In this document: piece by piece, positions 18,446-28,207 of the stretch
How the letters are laid out: each line of letters opens with the position of its first letter
How positions within the stretch are numbered: the first letter of the stretch is position 1
Source: an uncultured Candidatus Saccharimonadales bacterium
Lineage (GTDB): Bacteria > Patescibacteriota > Saccharimonadia > UBA4664
Assembly (NCBI GenBank): GCA_964609585.1
Contig: CAZSRA010000002.1
Coordinates: forward strand, 46,820-110,819
DNA: 64,000 bases
Reading direction: 5' to 3'
Translations under genes and position numbers: made by a program
Notes under the pieces: model-generated
Database searches by the model: none
Told to the model about the DNA's origin: nothing
Seen by the model: only the letters and a program-made list of their open reading frames with translations

Positions 18446-19282
18446 ATGCAAGTCTCTGAACTTATCTGTCCGAACTGCCGCTTGGCCCTAAGGCGCGAGG
18501 GGCGAGCTATGCGCTGCGAGAATGGGCATAGTTTCGATGTGGCGCGCGAGGGCTATGTGAATTTGCTCGTGGGCAAGCGGCGTGTGGGAGCGGCGGCTGG
18601 CGATACCGCGACAATGGTGGCGGCGCGGCGAGCGTTCTTGCAAAGGGGATTCTACGAGCCACTGGTGCAGGAACTAGCGACAAGTGTGAATGGTGGCCTA
18701 GCTCACAACCCGGGCGCAGTGGTGGATGTGGGGTGCGGGGAGGGATTTTACTTGGGCGAGCTGGTGAAAAAACCGGCGTTGGCAAACATGCGAGCATATG
18801 GTACGGATATTTCGAAACCAGCAATTGCCATGGCAGCTAAAGCTCATCCGGAAATAATGTTTGCCGTAGCTGACACGAATCAGTTGATTCCCTTGGCGGG
18901 TGGGGCGGTGGATGTGCTTTTAGACGTGTTTGCGCCTCGGAACGCGGCTGAATTTATGCGCATAGTGCGACCCGGCGGGCGGGCGGTAATTGTAATACCG
19001 GGCGATGAGCATTTGGCGAGCTTGCGCGAACGCTTTCGATTGCTGGCCATTGAGCGCGATAAAGCGGCGAAGATTGCCGCTCAGCTGGAGGATTTTGAGC
19101 TGATGAGTTCGCGGCGAGTTTCTGTGCAGATGCAGCTTGATGGGCAGGGGCTACGCGATTTATTGGAAATGACGCCGAACGCCTGGTTTATGAACGAAAC
19201 AACTCGTGGTGAAATAAGCAATGTGAACGATATCTCCACCGAAGCCTGTTTTGAAGTGCTCGTATTTACTCGTCGCGGTTGA
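18446..19282 (+). CDS. rlmA: 23S rRNA (guanine-N1)-methyltransferase RlmA-like (Zn-ribbon plus class I SAM MTase)
   Basis: CPNCRLAL...RCENGHSFDVAREGYVNLLVGKRR...ATMVAARRAFL...VVDVGCGEGFY aligns along its full length with the RlmA/RrmA N-terminus and SAM motif I. Confidence 0.7.
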   Translation: MQVSELICPNCRLALRREGRAMRCENGHSFDVAREGYVNLLVGKRRVGAAAGDTATMVAARRAFLQRGFYEPLVQELATSVNGGLAHNPGAVVDVGCGEGFYLGELVKKPALANMRAYGTDISKPAIAMAAKAHPEIMFAVADTNQLIPLAGGAVDVLLDVFAPRNAAEFMRIVRPGGRAVIVIPGDEHLASLRERFRLLAIERDKAAKIAAQLEDFELMSSRRVSVQMQLDGQGLRDLLEMTPNAWFMNETTRGEISNVNDISTEACFEVLVFTRRG

Positions 19283-20433
19283 GCACTTGCGAGACGATAC
19301 CGGCAGACGGCGGATTTACCGCTTTGGGCTCCCCATCACCAGACACCTGCCGTATAATAGCTATGATGAGATTCCCGAAGCTGAGCACCCAACAAGCTCA
19401 GATGAGACGTTTGGGACGCTTTGGTGGCGTGGCGGCGATTTTGGCCGGCAGCGCTGTGGCGATGGTTTTGATGTGGCCAAAATCTTCTGTAAATCTAGCT
19501 GGTAATGTGACATATCCAGCCGATTTACGGAAGCAGTATAGCGCAATCGTGCAGGCGGTACATGCTTTTGAAACGCGCCAAAGTAATCTCCAAGCCCAAG
19601 TAGTGAGCGTGCATGATCTTAACTCGCAGCTTTCGCGCATTCAAATTGACGCAACGAGTGGCCAATTTGCGGTAGCGGAAGCGGATATCACATCGCTAAA
19701 ACAGGCTCTTGCAAACTGGAACTTTGAGCTGAGCGGCGGCACGAAGGTGGCGGCAGCCACCCAGCCTCAGTCGACAAGCGGTCTGTACCTGCCGATTTTG
19801 CTCTATCATTACCCTCCGGCAAATTTTGAGCAGCAACTTGAGCATCTCGACAAAGCAGGATATACGACGATTGACCTCGACCAGGCACTTGCTGGCATGC
19901 AAGGGGCGGCGCTCCCACCGAAACCGGTCGTGATTACTTTCGATGATGGTTTTGAAGCTCAAATGTCAGCCTACAACCAGCTAAAGCAGCATCACATGAA
20001 GGCGACGTTTTATATTATTAACGCCGGCGAGGCAAGCCGGTGGTGTATTGGTGCAGGACGGCGCTACGGCGATCCGCTGCAGCCACCAAGTGGATGTGGA
20101 GATACTTATTTAAGCTGGGATCAGATCAAAGAGATGGATAAGAGTGGCTTGATTACCATTGCTGGTCACACGGTGAATCACCGAGACCTCGTGACGCTGT
20201 CGGAAGCAGATCAAAGATTTGAGATCGTAACGGGTAAGGCGATGCTGGAGGCCGAGCTGGGTCATAGTGTACGCCATTTTGCTTACCCTTACGGTGCGTT
20301 TAACGCTACAAGTATCGCTCTGGTGCAAGAAGCCGGCTATGTGACGGCAGTGACGACACAGCCGGGCGCTTTTCAGCCGGCGGGTTCGAACTTCACCTTG
20401 CGACGCGTGCGAGATGCCATGGTGCTGCCCTAG
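19279..20433 (+). CDS. Polysaccharide deacetylase (NodB-homology domain) with N-terminal membrane anchor
   Basis: N-terminal TM (GGVAAILAGSAVAMVLMW); VVITFDDGFEAQ (motif 1 TFDDG); IAGHTVNHRDL (motif 2 H-x-x-x-H). Confidence 0.75.
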   Translation: MSTCETIPADGGFTALGSPSPDTCRIIAMMRFPKLSTQQAQMRRLGRFGGVAAILAGSAVAMVLMWPKSSVNLAGNVTYPADLRKQYSAIVQAVHAFETRQSNLQAQVVSVHDLNSQLSRIQIDATSGQFAVAEADITSLKQALANWNFELSGGTKVAAATQPQSTSGLYLPILLYHYPPANFEQQLEHLDKAGYTTIDLDQALAGMQGAALPPKPVVITFDDGFEAQMSAYNQLKQHHMKATFYIINAGEASRWCIGAGRRYGDPLQPPSGCGDTYLSWDQIKEMDKSGLITIAGHTVNHRDLVTLSEADQRFEIVTGKAMLEAELGHSVRHFAYPYGAFNATSIALVQEAGYVTAVTTQPGAFQPAGSNFTLRRVRDAMVLP

Positions 20434-20915
20434 GTTGGTTTGGAGCCGGAATCCGGGACGGTAAGTCCCAACTTGGTGCTGATAAGGTTGAGAACTTCGC
20501 GAGGGGTGAGCTCAGCTTTTACAAGATAGTCGGCGCCATAGGAGTGAGCGGCATTGCGGTCCGATAGCGCGGATGAGTTTGTGAGCACAATGACAGGCAT
20601 GGCGGAGAAGTCAAAATTGTCGTTTTGAAGGGCTCCGAGGACTTCGAGGCCAGATAGTTCTGGCATGTTAATGTCGAGTACGGCCAGGTTCGGATGCTCG
20701 GACTTGATGGCTTCGAAGGCATCGCGACCGTTATTTTTAACGATTACCTTGAAACCAGCGCCCTCAAGTTTTATTTGATACATGCGTGAAATGAAAGGAT
20801 CGTCTTCGGCGATGAGGACGATTTTTGAGTCACCATCCGTGGGAGCTGGAGCGGCTACTGGATCAGTGACGGTGTAAGTGGGCTCTTCAGGCTTTGGATT
20901 TGGGGTTTTTGGCAT
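20430..20915 (-). CDS. Response regulator, receiver domain only (Pro-rich N-terminal extension)
   Basis: KIVLIAEDD...LAVLDINMP...VIVLTN...YLVK: a complete REC fold with no output domain. Overlaps the upstream kinase by 29 nt. Confidence 0.85.
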   Translation of the reverse strand: MPKTPNPKPEEPTYTVTDPVAAPAPTDGDSKIVLIAEDDPFISRMYQIKLEGAGFKVIVKNNGRDAFEAIKSEHPNLAVLDINMPELSGLEVLGALQNDNFDFSAMPVIVLTNSSALSDRNAAHSYGADYLVKAELTPREVLNLISTKLGLTVPDSGSKPT

Positions 20916-23067
20916 GGACTACCTCGTGTTTTTTTGCAGTTACCGGCTTGAGGGGCAACTCGAACCCAAAGGTCGAACCTTTGCCCTCTTCACTGTTGAA
21001 TATTATTGTACCACCTTGATCTTCGATGACGCGTTTGGCGAGATATAGCCCGAGGCCAGTACCATCAGGACGTACGATCTGAGCGTTGTCGGCGCGGAAG
21101 AATTTGCTAAAGAGCTTGCGTTTGGCGCTATCCGGTACGCCAATGCCGGTATCGCGGACTTCGAGCCGTATGCGGTCGCCGGATTGCTTTAGGATTACCC
21201 GCACTTCGCCTTGCTTGGTGTAGTAGATGGCGTTGTCGATAAAGTTCATGATGACCTGGCGGGTTTTGTTATCGTCCACTTCGGCTAGGGGGAGGTTTTT
21301 GACGGGTGGCTCAAAGATGAGTTTGAGGTTTTTGGCTGTTGCGTGGGTTTGGAGCTGGCGGACTTCATCTGAGATCATGGCAGCCATGTCGGTGGGCTTG
21401 GTTTGAATGAGGAAGCGGCCGGCTGATAAACGCGAGACGTTGAGCAAATCGGAAATGAGATTTACCATGCGCTCGCTAGAGCCGAAGGCATAGCCCACAA
21501 ATTCCTCCTGGGCTTTCGTGAGTTTGCCGGCGTCGCCTTCTTGCATCATCGAGAGGTAGCCTTTGATGGTAGTGAGCGGCGTGCGCAACTGGTGCGACGC
21601 CATGGAGATAAATTCGTCCTTGGCGTGATCGAGCTCTTTGAGGTGACGATTGGCGAGGCGGAGGCGGTTGGTAGCATGGTCAATGCGGGCCTGAAGAGTG
21701 AGGTTGAACTCTTGAATTTCGGCGTAGGCTTTAGCGTTGGAGATGGCGACGGCAAGCTCCTTACCAATGATCTCAAGGAGCTCTAAATCTTGACCAGAAT
21801 ATATACCGCCGGATAATTTATCGCCAAGCAGAAGATAGCCAATAAATTCATCACGAGTTCGCAAGATCATCGACACCCTGATATTGTGTGTGTCCATAAT
21901 TTCCTTACGCTCGCCAGATTCGAGTTCGTCGGCGATGAGTATGCCTTTGTCCAATTTGGCGAGCTCAGGAGCGATCATGAGACGTTTTGGCAGGAGACCA
22001 TAGTGCTCAACTCGGTAGACTTTATTATCATTAAATATGATTAGCTGTCCAAATTGGATATGCAATTTCTCACTCAGCTCAGTAATGGTCTGTTTAAGGA
22101 CTCGGTTGAGATCGAGTTCGGAGACGAGAATTTTAGTGAAATTACTAATGACTTCTTCGGAGTCATAGTGATGGCGATAAAAAACGCGATTAGTTATCTT
22201 TTCAAAGAAGCGGCGTAGAGGTTGGAAGGTAACGGACAGAACCAGTGCCAGTAGTATATTAAATAGGCTTTCGGACATTTGATTAGTATGGGTCGGGAAA
22301 AATAGGCCCGATAGAGCATAAAGTGCCACGGCATATCCGCAGGCAAGAGTGGAGAGTAATAGTACATAGGCTGCAGACCGAGCGACGAGCGACCGAATGT
22401 CGAATAGGCGGCGAGTAATGATAGCGTAAGAAATAATGATGCCAGCCGCGAGTAGAAAAATAGGACTAATGGAGATAAAGAGGGTAATGCCAAAGCCGAG
22501 TGGCAAGATAATCGTGGCCAGAAGTGTAAGACCGAAACCAGCGATAAGACCAGTGGCCACAAGCTGAAGTTGCGCATGTTCTAGTCCTTTTGATCTGCGA
22601 TACATCTGAATCAGCCGGATTGATCCACCGGCGAGCGTGAAGAGCATCATGAGCCCAAAAGATGGAATGGCTGGGCCAATAGTGAGCTGTGGTTGGCCGT
22701 TAGTGATCGTGACGGACCGGAAAAGTAGGTTGGTGAATAGTAAAATACTGTTTATAACCCACCAGATCGATAGCCCTCGCGCGAACAGCCGCCGGTATTT
22801 GAAACGAGTACGCGCGAAGGAATCAACAAAAAAGAAATACAGCGGTCCCGTACAGACTCCCGTAAAGATAGCTAACTTTGCCCATAAGAAGGCTAGCTCT
22901 GGGCCTTGAGAATGGAGGCTAAAGTAGTTAAAAATCGGGTAAAGCGAATTTACAAAAATTAATCCAGCAAAAGTCCGATTGAGCATACTCCGACTGTTCT
23001 TAGATAAAACCGCTAGAACGAGTCCAAAATTTACGACTGCCGTGATAATGGCGAGTATGAGTTCCAC
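20887..23067 (-). CDS. Sensor histidine kinase, 7-TM N-terminal sensor, HisKA plus HATPase
   Basis: Seven or more N-terminal helices; H-box FISMASHQLRTPLTTIKGY; N-box NFIDNAIYYT; G-boxes DTGIGV and GTGLGL. Confidence 0.85.
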   Translation of the reverse strand: MELILAIITAVVNFGLVLAVLSKNSRSMLNRTFAGLIFVNSLYPIFNYFSLHSQGPELAFLWAKLAIFTGVCTGPLYFFFVDSFARTRFKYRRLFARGLSIWWVINSILLFTNLLFRSVTITNGQPQLTIGPAIPSFGLMMLFTLAGGSIRLIQMYRRSKGLEHAQLQLVATGLIAGFGLTLLATIILPLGFGITLFISISPIFLLAAGIIISYAIITRRLFDIRSLVARSAAYVLLLSTLACGYAVALYALSGLFFPTHTNQMSESLFNILLALVLSVTFQPLRRFFEKITNRVFYRHHYDSEEVISNFTKILVSELDLNRVLKQTITELSEKLHIQFGQLIIFNDNKVYRVEHYGLLPKRLMIAPELAKLDKGILIADELESGERKEIMDTHNIRVSMILRTRDEFIGYLLLGDKLSGGIYSGQDLELLEIIGKELAVAISNAKAYAEIQEFNLTLQARIDHATNRLRLANRHLKELDHAKDEFISMASHQLRTPLTTIKGYLSMMQEGDAGKLTKAQEEFVGYAFGSSERMVNLISDLLNVSRLSAGRFLIQTKPTDMAAMISDEVRQLQTHATAKNLKLIFEPPVKNLPLAEVDDNKTRQVIMNFIDNAIYYTKQGEVRVILKQSGDRIRLEVRDTGIGVPDSAKRKLFSKFFRADNAQIVRPDGTGLGLYLAKRVIEDQGGTIIFNSEEGKGSTFGFELPLKPVTAKKHEVVHAKNPKSKA

Positions 23068-23069
23068 GG

Positions 23070-24134
23070 CTAATGAGTGGCTTCTGTTAGTTTGATCCGC
23101 TCAAGACTTTTGCGAGGCGAGTGCCGCACGTTTCCGTCAACGTGACCCAGCCCGAAGTAAAGCTGTGGATCGAGGGTGGCACTAAAAAGCTTGGCCAAAC
23201 TAGGGCTGTTGCCGGCTTCGAGCGCGGCGGCTTTTGGAGCAAGGCCGAGACCGTTGAGGGTAGCCAAGAGCCCAACCTGCTCATACAAGAGGCCAGCGTT
23301 TATCCAGCTGGCTGGATGGTTGGTTTCGGCCATTATAAGACCGAGCGCCGGGGCATGGCTTAGTGTTGCAAAATCGCGCTTGGCGACCATTTTACTAGCA
23401 ACGGGGGTAAGACTCGTGACGGTTTTGGCGATCACGGATTGCGGAGGGGTAAGACCAAATGTGAAACCGGGCATACCGTCGTGTCGTTTTGTGAAACTTG
23501 GTCGCATCCAAGAAGCAATTTCGCGACTAAAGCGCCGATTTGTGGCGAAGCTTAGGGTTGATTCCTGATGAATGGCGGCAAGCTGCTGAATAGTAGCCGA
23601 GTCAGTCGTTAGCGCCACACGAGCGTCACCCCAGCTAAGCTCAGATATTTGACGAGCAACCTCAGGATCGATTGTGCCGGCCTCGAATGCAAGCTTGTGA
23701 GATTGGCGATTGGCGATGGCTGGAAAAAGTTTTGCAAGCTCGGAATTTCGATGACCCACATTAAGGGGGTGGAATGTCAGTTCTACGGTAATTTCCTGCA
23801 TGGATCGGCCACGAATCTCATATTTTGCTAGCCAACCGAAGTACTCGGCAGCTACTAGGATATTAAGCAGGCAACAACCCAGACTCATAAACAAACCACG
23901 ACTCGCCGTGTCGGAATGCGGGAGAGCGCGGCTCCAGTCGGGTTTGATACTTAGCTGGTTAGGTGGAAGATAGCTAAATAGCCAAGGCTGAGTATTGTGG
24001 GTGGAGGGGGCGAGGATGCCATAGCCGATAAGGAAGCGAATTTGGTCTTTGACACTACCAGCGCGTGGATAGTCGGCTTCGTTGATATTCCAGGCGGTAT
24101 AGTTTGACTGTTTGGTCCGCAAGATGAGTACCAT
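23070..24134 (-). CDS. Acg-family (tandem-fold) nitroreductase-like flavoprotein
   Basis: The motif ILAPSTHNTQPW matches the Acg/Rv2032-type nitroreductase signature (APSxHNTQPW). About 350 aa, consistent with a tandem nitroreductase fold. Confidence 0.65.
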   Translation of the reverse strand: MVLILRTKQSNYTAWNINEADYPRAGSVKDQIRFLIGYGILAPSTHNTQPWLFSYLPPNQLSIKPDWSRALPHSDTASRGLFMSLGCCLLNILVAAEYFGWLAKYEIRGRSMQEITVELTFHPLNVGHRNSELAKLFPAIANRQSHKLAFEAGTIDPEVARQISELSWGDARVALTTDSATIQQLAAIHQESTLSFATNRRFSREIASWMRPSFTKRHDGMPGFTFGLTPPQSVIAKTVTSLTPVASKMVAKRDFATLSHAPALGLIMAETNHPASWINAGLLYEQVGLLATLNGLGLAPKAAALEAGNSPSLAKLFSATLDPQLYFGLGHVDGNVRHSPRKSLERIKLTEATH

Positions 24135-24206
24135 GGTTATTAATCTTATAGTAAGGCTAAAGTGGTAGCGTTAGCAAAGGGTATGGGTATCTAGGTTTTT
24201 TGAGAA

Positions 24207-25355
24207 TTATTCGGATCTCGGTTTCAATAGTTGCTGGATGGCGGCATCTCTCTTGGCGGAGGCGGCAGTTTCTAGCGGGAGATTGAGTAGGGCATTCAGG
24301 TCGAGACGGTAACGACCACTAGCTAGGGGGGAGCCTAAAAGTATTTGGCGCACTACAAAGGCTGCTACACCCGATTCAATGGTGACCGTACTGCCTAACT
24401 GAGGGCGTCCAACGAGTGTGGAGCCAATTTCTAGCAGCGATTCAATGGCGCGGGTCGGGACATTGGCGAGGCCGATAATTTGAGCTGCGAAGCGCTGTTT
24501 GTCGGCCGATGTGAGGTCTCCAGCCAAAAGCTTGGATTCGAGATCGCCAATGAGACCGTTGAATATTTGAAGGTCCGGCTCAAGGTCGTAGCGTTCGATA
24601 TCGATTAAGATACTATCGCCAAGGCCGGTCAACATAACAACAGGGATACGAAGCTTCTTTGCTTCATAACGGAGGCGAACTTTCATTTCGAAGTCGTCGA
24701 TTTCATCGAAACCGACAGCAGCGGGCTTGTCGCCCCCCAGAAACCCATGAACAGTTGTTTGGTCGATACCCTTTGGAAAGAGGGTGAGGTGGGCATAGGG
24801 ATTAACAGCCCAGATGCGCTCGGCTGTGACTTGAGCTTTGGGCTTGCCGAGATCCGCGAGGGACGCCTGAACGCGGTTGAGATTAGGGGTTTCTAGGCGA
24901 TCGAAATCAGCCAAATATAGAGTGCTCCCGATACCGGCGTAAGACAGGCTAACGGCAATGCCGCCGCCCACCGATAGACCGGCAATGGCTATGTGAGCTT
25001 TCGCGAGCTTGTTTTGCTCGTCTTCGGTGATCAGGCTGCGATTGCGGTTGGTCCGAAGCGCGAATTGTTCTGTCTCAGTGAGGGTATGCAATAAATAGCC
25101 ACTCCAGGGTAAATAAATCCAGTCGCCGACCAGATCTTTGTCTAAGCCGGTTCGATTAGCGATAAATTTGGTCTGCTCAGCGGTGAAGTTTGGGTCTCCA
25201 GCCAAGTGTGGATGAGTAACCTCAAATAGGTCAGCAAGTTGAGACTCAACAACGTCGATTGTTTTCCAAATAGAATAACTTCTAAGCTCCTCAAGATCGC
25301 TCGCTCGGTAAGCACCCTCTCTTAAGATGATTGGCTTGGTAACTTCTTTACCCAT
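24207..25355 (-). CDS. ThiF/MoeB/E1-like adenylyltransferase with ~110-aa N-terminal extension
   Basis: RTNRNRSLITEDEQNKLAKAHIAIAGLSVGGGIAVSLSYAGIGSTLYLADFDRLETPNLNRV is the E1 Rossmann/ATP motif (compare RYSRQ...GxGxxG...DxDxVExSNLxRQ). No CxxC zinc motif. Confidence 0.75.
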   Translation of the reverse strand: MGKEVTKPIILREGAYRASDLEELRSYSIWKTIDVVESQLADLFEVTHPHLAGDPNFTAEQTKFIANRTGLDKDLVGDWIYLPWSGYLLHTLTETEQFALRTNRNRSLITEDEQNKLAKAHIAIAGLSVGGGIAVSLSYAGIGSTLYLADFDRLETPNLNRVQASLADLGKPKAQVTAERIWAVNPYAHLTLFPKGIDQTTVHGFLGGDKPAAVGFDEIDDFEMKVRLRYEAKKLRIPVVMLTGLGDSILIDIERYDLEPDLQIFNGLIGDLESKLLAGDLTSADKQRFAAQIIGLANVPTRAIESLLEIGSTLVGRPQLGSTVTIESGVAAFVVRQILLGSPLASGRYRLDLNALLNLPLETAASAKRDAAIQQLLKPRSE

Positions 25356-26869
25356 TTTTGCTTAGTCCCCGGTTTAAAGTAATTAGCGTCTTCGTATGGC
25401 CAGAAGGTAAGTATAGGATATACACGCTCTCCATATTCTTCAAATGTGCGTCGGTATTCGGAGCTGTCCTGGAGAAGTCGCTCAACAACGGCCATCTGTG
25501 TCCGGTCATGAAGGTCCGGGGTTTCTGGAGTATCCGTCTTTAACTCTAAATGGATTTTGAGTTCTTGCTGCCCGCCAGCGTCGTATTCGACCGACATAGT
25601 AAACTTCCCAGTGAGTTCCTCGGCGAGACGACGCCCCGCTAGGGCGGCGCGAATTGTCTCTGGATAGATTTGGAAGGCAAAGAAGGATACAGAAAAATCA
25701 CTACGCTCGTAGATATATACAAATGGCAAGTTCCAGACCGTCTCGCGAATACCGGCAGCCTCAGCTTCTGCCATAAGGTCAAGGCCGTGATCTGCGAAAT
25801 GGCGTGTCATTTGAGCGAGGGTGATAACGCCACCATGGTCCTTGAGATCATACCGCACGAGCGGATAGCCACTGGAGGCGGTGCAGTAGAGATTCTCGTT
25901 GATTGACTCGAAGTAGAACTGCTCAGGCAAATATTGCGCAAGAGTGGGGAGGCGATTGGGCTGCCCGAATATGGCTTCATAGAGGGCTGGACGGGCTAGT
26001 GCTAGGCGGCGAATAAGAATCGACAGCGGCGTTTCATGGGCCATCGTACCGAGGTCAACGGTGCCGTAATGGTTGAGTGTATCGGTGTAAATATTAGTTA
26101 GTCCGGTTTTTTCGGCAACATAATCACGGAATGTCTCGCTAAAAGCCTCGGCTGAAAACACGAAACCTAGTTTGTAATCAGACCATTTCAGTCCAGCTCT
26201 AAGGCCGTCATCAATAATGTCTTTGAGAAAAGGCGCGTAAGAGCCAATGATTATTTGATCAAAGTCGGCGCCTAAATTCTGAACGGCCTTGATAATCTCG
26301 AGCTTATTGATACCGGGCGTAATAATGCTGAGCGCATAGCCGCCACGCTCCCCTACTCGACGCAGAGCCTCATAAGTGAATAGGCCGCCAATCCAAGCAC
26401 CCATTGGGAAGGCGACAATATAGAGGGTGCTGCGTTCGTGAATGTGGAAGTTGGAACGCAAATAGAGCTCTGCGGTATCGGCATATTGATCGTCTTGCAG
26501 GCTGGTGCGAGGGAAATAAAACGGCTCTCCGGTAGACCCCGAGGTTGTTGATATGGTCCAGCGCTGATCATGGAATTCACCATTCCAGCAAAGCTCCGAG
26601 CGAGAGAAGCTACGCAAGTAGCCAGCCTTGTCAATTGAAGGGATATTGACTAGATCACCAATATCCCGGACTTTCGCGGGTTCAAATAATTGAGAAGCGA
26701 GAAATTTGCGATAAGCCGGCACCTGGTGGGCGGCAGCACGGAAAAGCTCGAGCGCGCGAGTGGCGCCACGAGCCAACCAAATGTCCTCTGGCTGCTCGTG
26801 CAGATGGCCGAGGAGCTTGTCGGAGTTTGGAAGATCTGGGTTTGGAAATGTGTATGGCATGTTCGTCAA
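25322..26869 (-). CDS. PaaK/F390-synthetase-like adenylate-forming enzyme (ANL superfamily)
   Basis: TTSGSTGEPFYFP matches the P-loop-like AMP-binding motif of phenylacetate-CoA ligase and coenzyme F390 synthetase homologues. 515 aa. Confidence 0.65.
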   Translation of the reverse strand: MTNMPYTFPNPDLPNSDKLLGHLHEQPEDIWLARGATRALELFRAAAHQVPAYRKFLASQLFEPAKVRDIGDLVNIPSIDKAGYLRSFSRSELCWNGEFHDQRWTISTTSGSTGEPFYFPRTSLQDDQYADTAELYLRSNFHIHERSTLYIVAFPMGAWIGGLFTYEALRRVGERGGYALSIITPGINKLEIIKAVQNLGADFDQIIIGSYAPFLKDIIDDGLRAGLKWSDYKLGFVFSAEAFSETFRDYVAEKTGLTNIYTDTLNHYGTVDLGTMAHETPLSILIRRLALARPALYEAIFGQPNRLPTLAQYLPEQFYFESINENLYCTASSGYPLVRYDLKDHGGVITLAQMTRHFADHGLDLMAEAEAAGIRETVWNLPFVYIYERSDFSVSFFAFQIYPETIRAALAGRRLAEELTGKFTMSVEYDAGGQQELKIHLELKTDTPETPDLHDRTQMAVVERLLQDSSEYRRTFEEYGERVYPILTFWPYEDANYFKPGTKQKWVKKLPSQSS

Positions 26870-26986
26870 CTATTATCCAGGTTAATGCTATATATCAGAT
26901 ATACATTGGTTATAGTAACAAAAATTAATACCCGATGTTAGTAAAATTACACAAAATGAATACTGACTGATTGCCCTTCACTAAAA

Positions 26987-28144
26987 TTGCGATATAGTAG
27001 GGGGGTGATTGCAAAGCGCGTCGCTAACTTTGATAGTAGCCACATTAGTGAGGCGTTTAGCCGAATACGGGAGATTCCGGATCCGGTTGATCTTAGTATT
27101 GGTTTTCCGGAAGATCCAACGCCGGACTATATTAAAGCAGCCGGAATTCGCGCCATTACTAATGATTTTACGCGCTACACCCCCGCCAACGGTATTTTTG
27201 AACTAAGGGTAGCGATCTCTGAGAAACTTTCCCGTGAGAATAATCTGAAGGTAACACCAGAGCGGGTGGCGGTGACACCCGGCGTAACAACGGGCATATT
27301 GCTAGCCTACTTGACCCTACTTGATCCGGGTGACGAGATTTTAATCCCTGATCCGTACTTCCCTCCCCATTTTGCACTTGCGGAATTGATCGGTGCCGTG
27401 CCGGTAGCAATTGACACCTATCCGAGCTTCCAGCTCACGGCGAAGCTGATCGAGCGCTATATTACGCCAAAAACAAAAGTGCTCGTTATTAACTCGCCCA
27501 ACAATCCATCTGGAGCGGTCTACCCAGAGCGAGAGTTGAGACGGATCGCCAGGCTCGCGAAACAGCACAATTTAACCATTATTTCAGATGAGATCTACGA
27601 GTATTTTTGTTACGATTCGCCGCACTTTAGTATTGGTAGTGTTTATCCAAATACCGTGACTCTTAACGGATTTTCAAAAGCCTATGCGATGACCGGGTGG
27701 CGGATTGGGTATATGACAGGGCCGACAGATGTAATGGCAGCGGTTAATCAAGTGCAACAATATGTGGTGTTTTCGAATTCTTCGATTGCAGAGAAAGCGG
27801 CACTGGCTGCGTTGCGGCATAATCCGACACGCTTAACACGCAAATACCACAATAAACGGGATACAGTATTGCGATACTTAGATGGGACGTTTGAAGTGTA
27901 TGGCTCACAAGGCTCGTTTTTTGCCTATGTCCCGCTACCGCCGGGGATCACTGATGTGGAATTTTGCCAAGAAGCGGCAGCTCAAGGATTGATTATTTTG
28001 CCCTCCCGAGCGTTCTCTCAACGGCACGATTATGTGCGCGTTTCATTTGCGGCGACGCATTTAACGCTCGTGAGAGGCTTAAAAATCTTACGCAAACTGG
28101 CACAAGAAATGGCGGAGAGGAAGCGGGTGTCTGTTAGATCATGA
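26987..28144 (+). CDS. PLP-dependent aminotransferase class I/II (aspartate/aromatic aminotransferase-like)
   Basis: LNGFSKAYAMTGWRIGY (the PLP lysine in SKAYAMTGWR), NPSGAVY, 385 aa. Confidence 0.85.
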   Translation: MRYSRGVIAKRVANFDSSHISEAFSRIREIPDPVDLSIGFPEDPTPDYIKAAGIRAITNDFTRYTPANGIFELRVAISEKLSRENNLKVTPERVAVTPGVTTGILLAYLTLLDPGDEILIPDPYFPPHFALAELIGAVPVAIDTYPSFQLTAKLIERYITPKTKVLVINSPNNPSGAVYPERELRRIARLAKQHNLTIISDEIYEYFCYDSPHFSIGSVYPNTVTLNGFSKAYAMTGWRIGYMTGPTDVMAAVNQVQQYVVFSNSSIAEKAALAALRHNPTRLTRKYHNKRDTVLRYLDGTFEVYGSQGSFFAYVPLPPGITDVEFCQEAAAQGLIILPSRAFSQRHDYVRVSFAATHLTLVRGLKILRKLAQEMAERKRVSVRS

Positions 28145-28207
28145 AGAAACGATTTAAGCTTCTCGGATATATTGCAGCATTGTCAATAACGGTAGTACAC
28201 TTAGACC

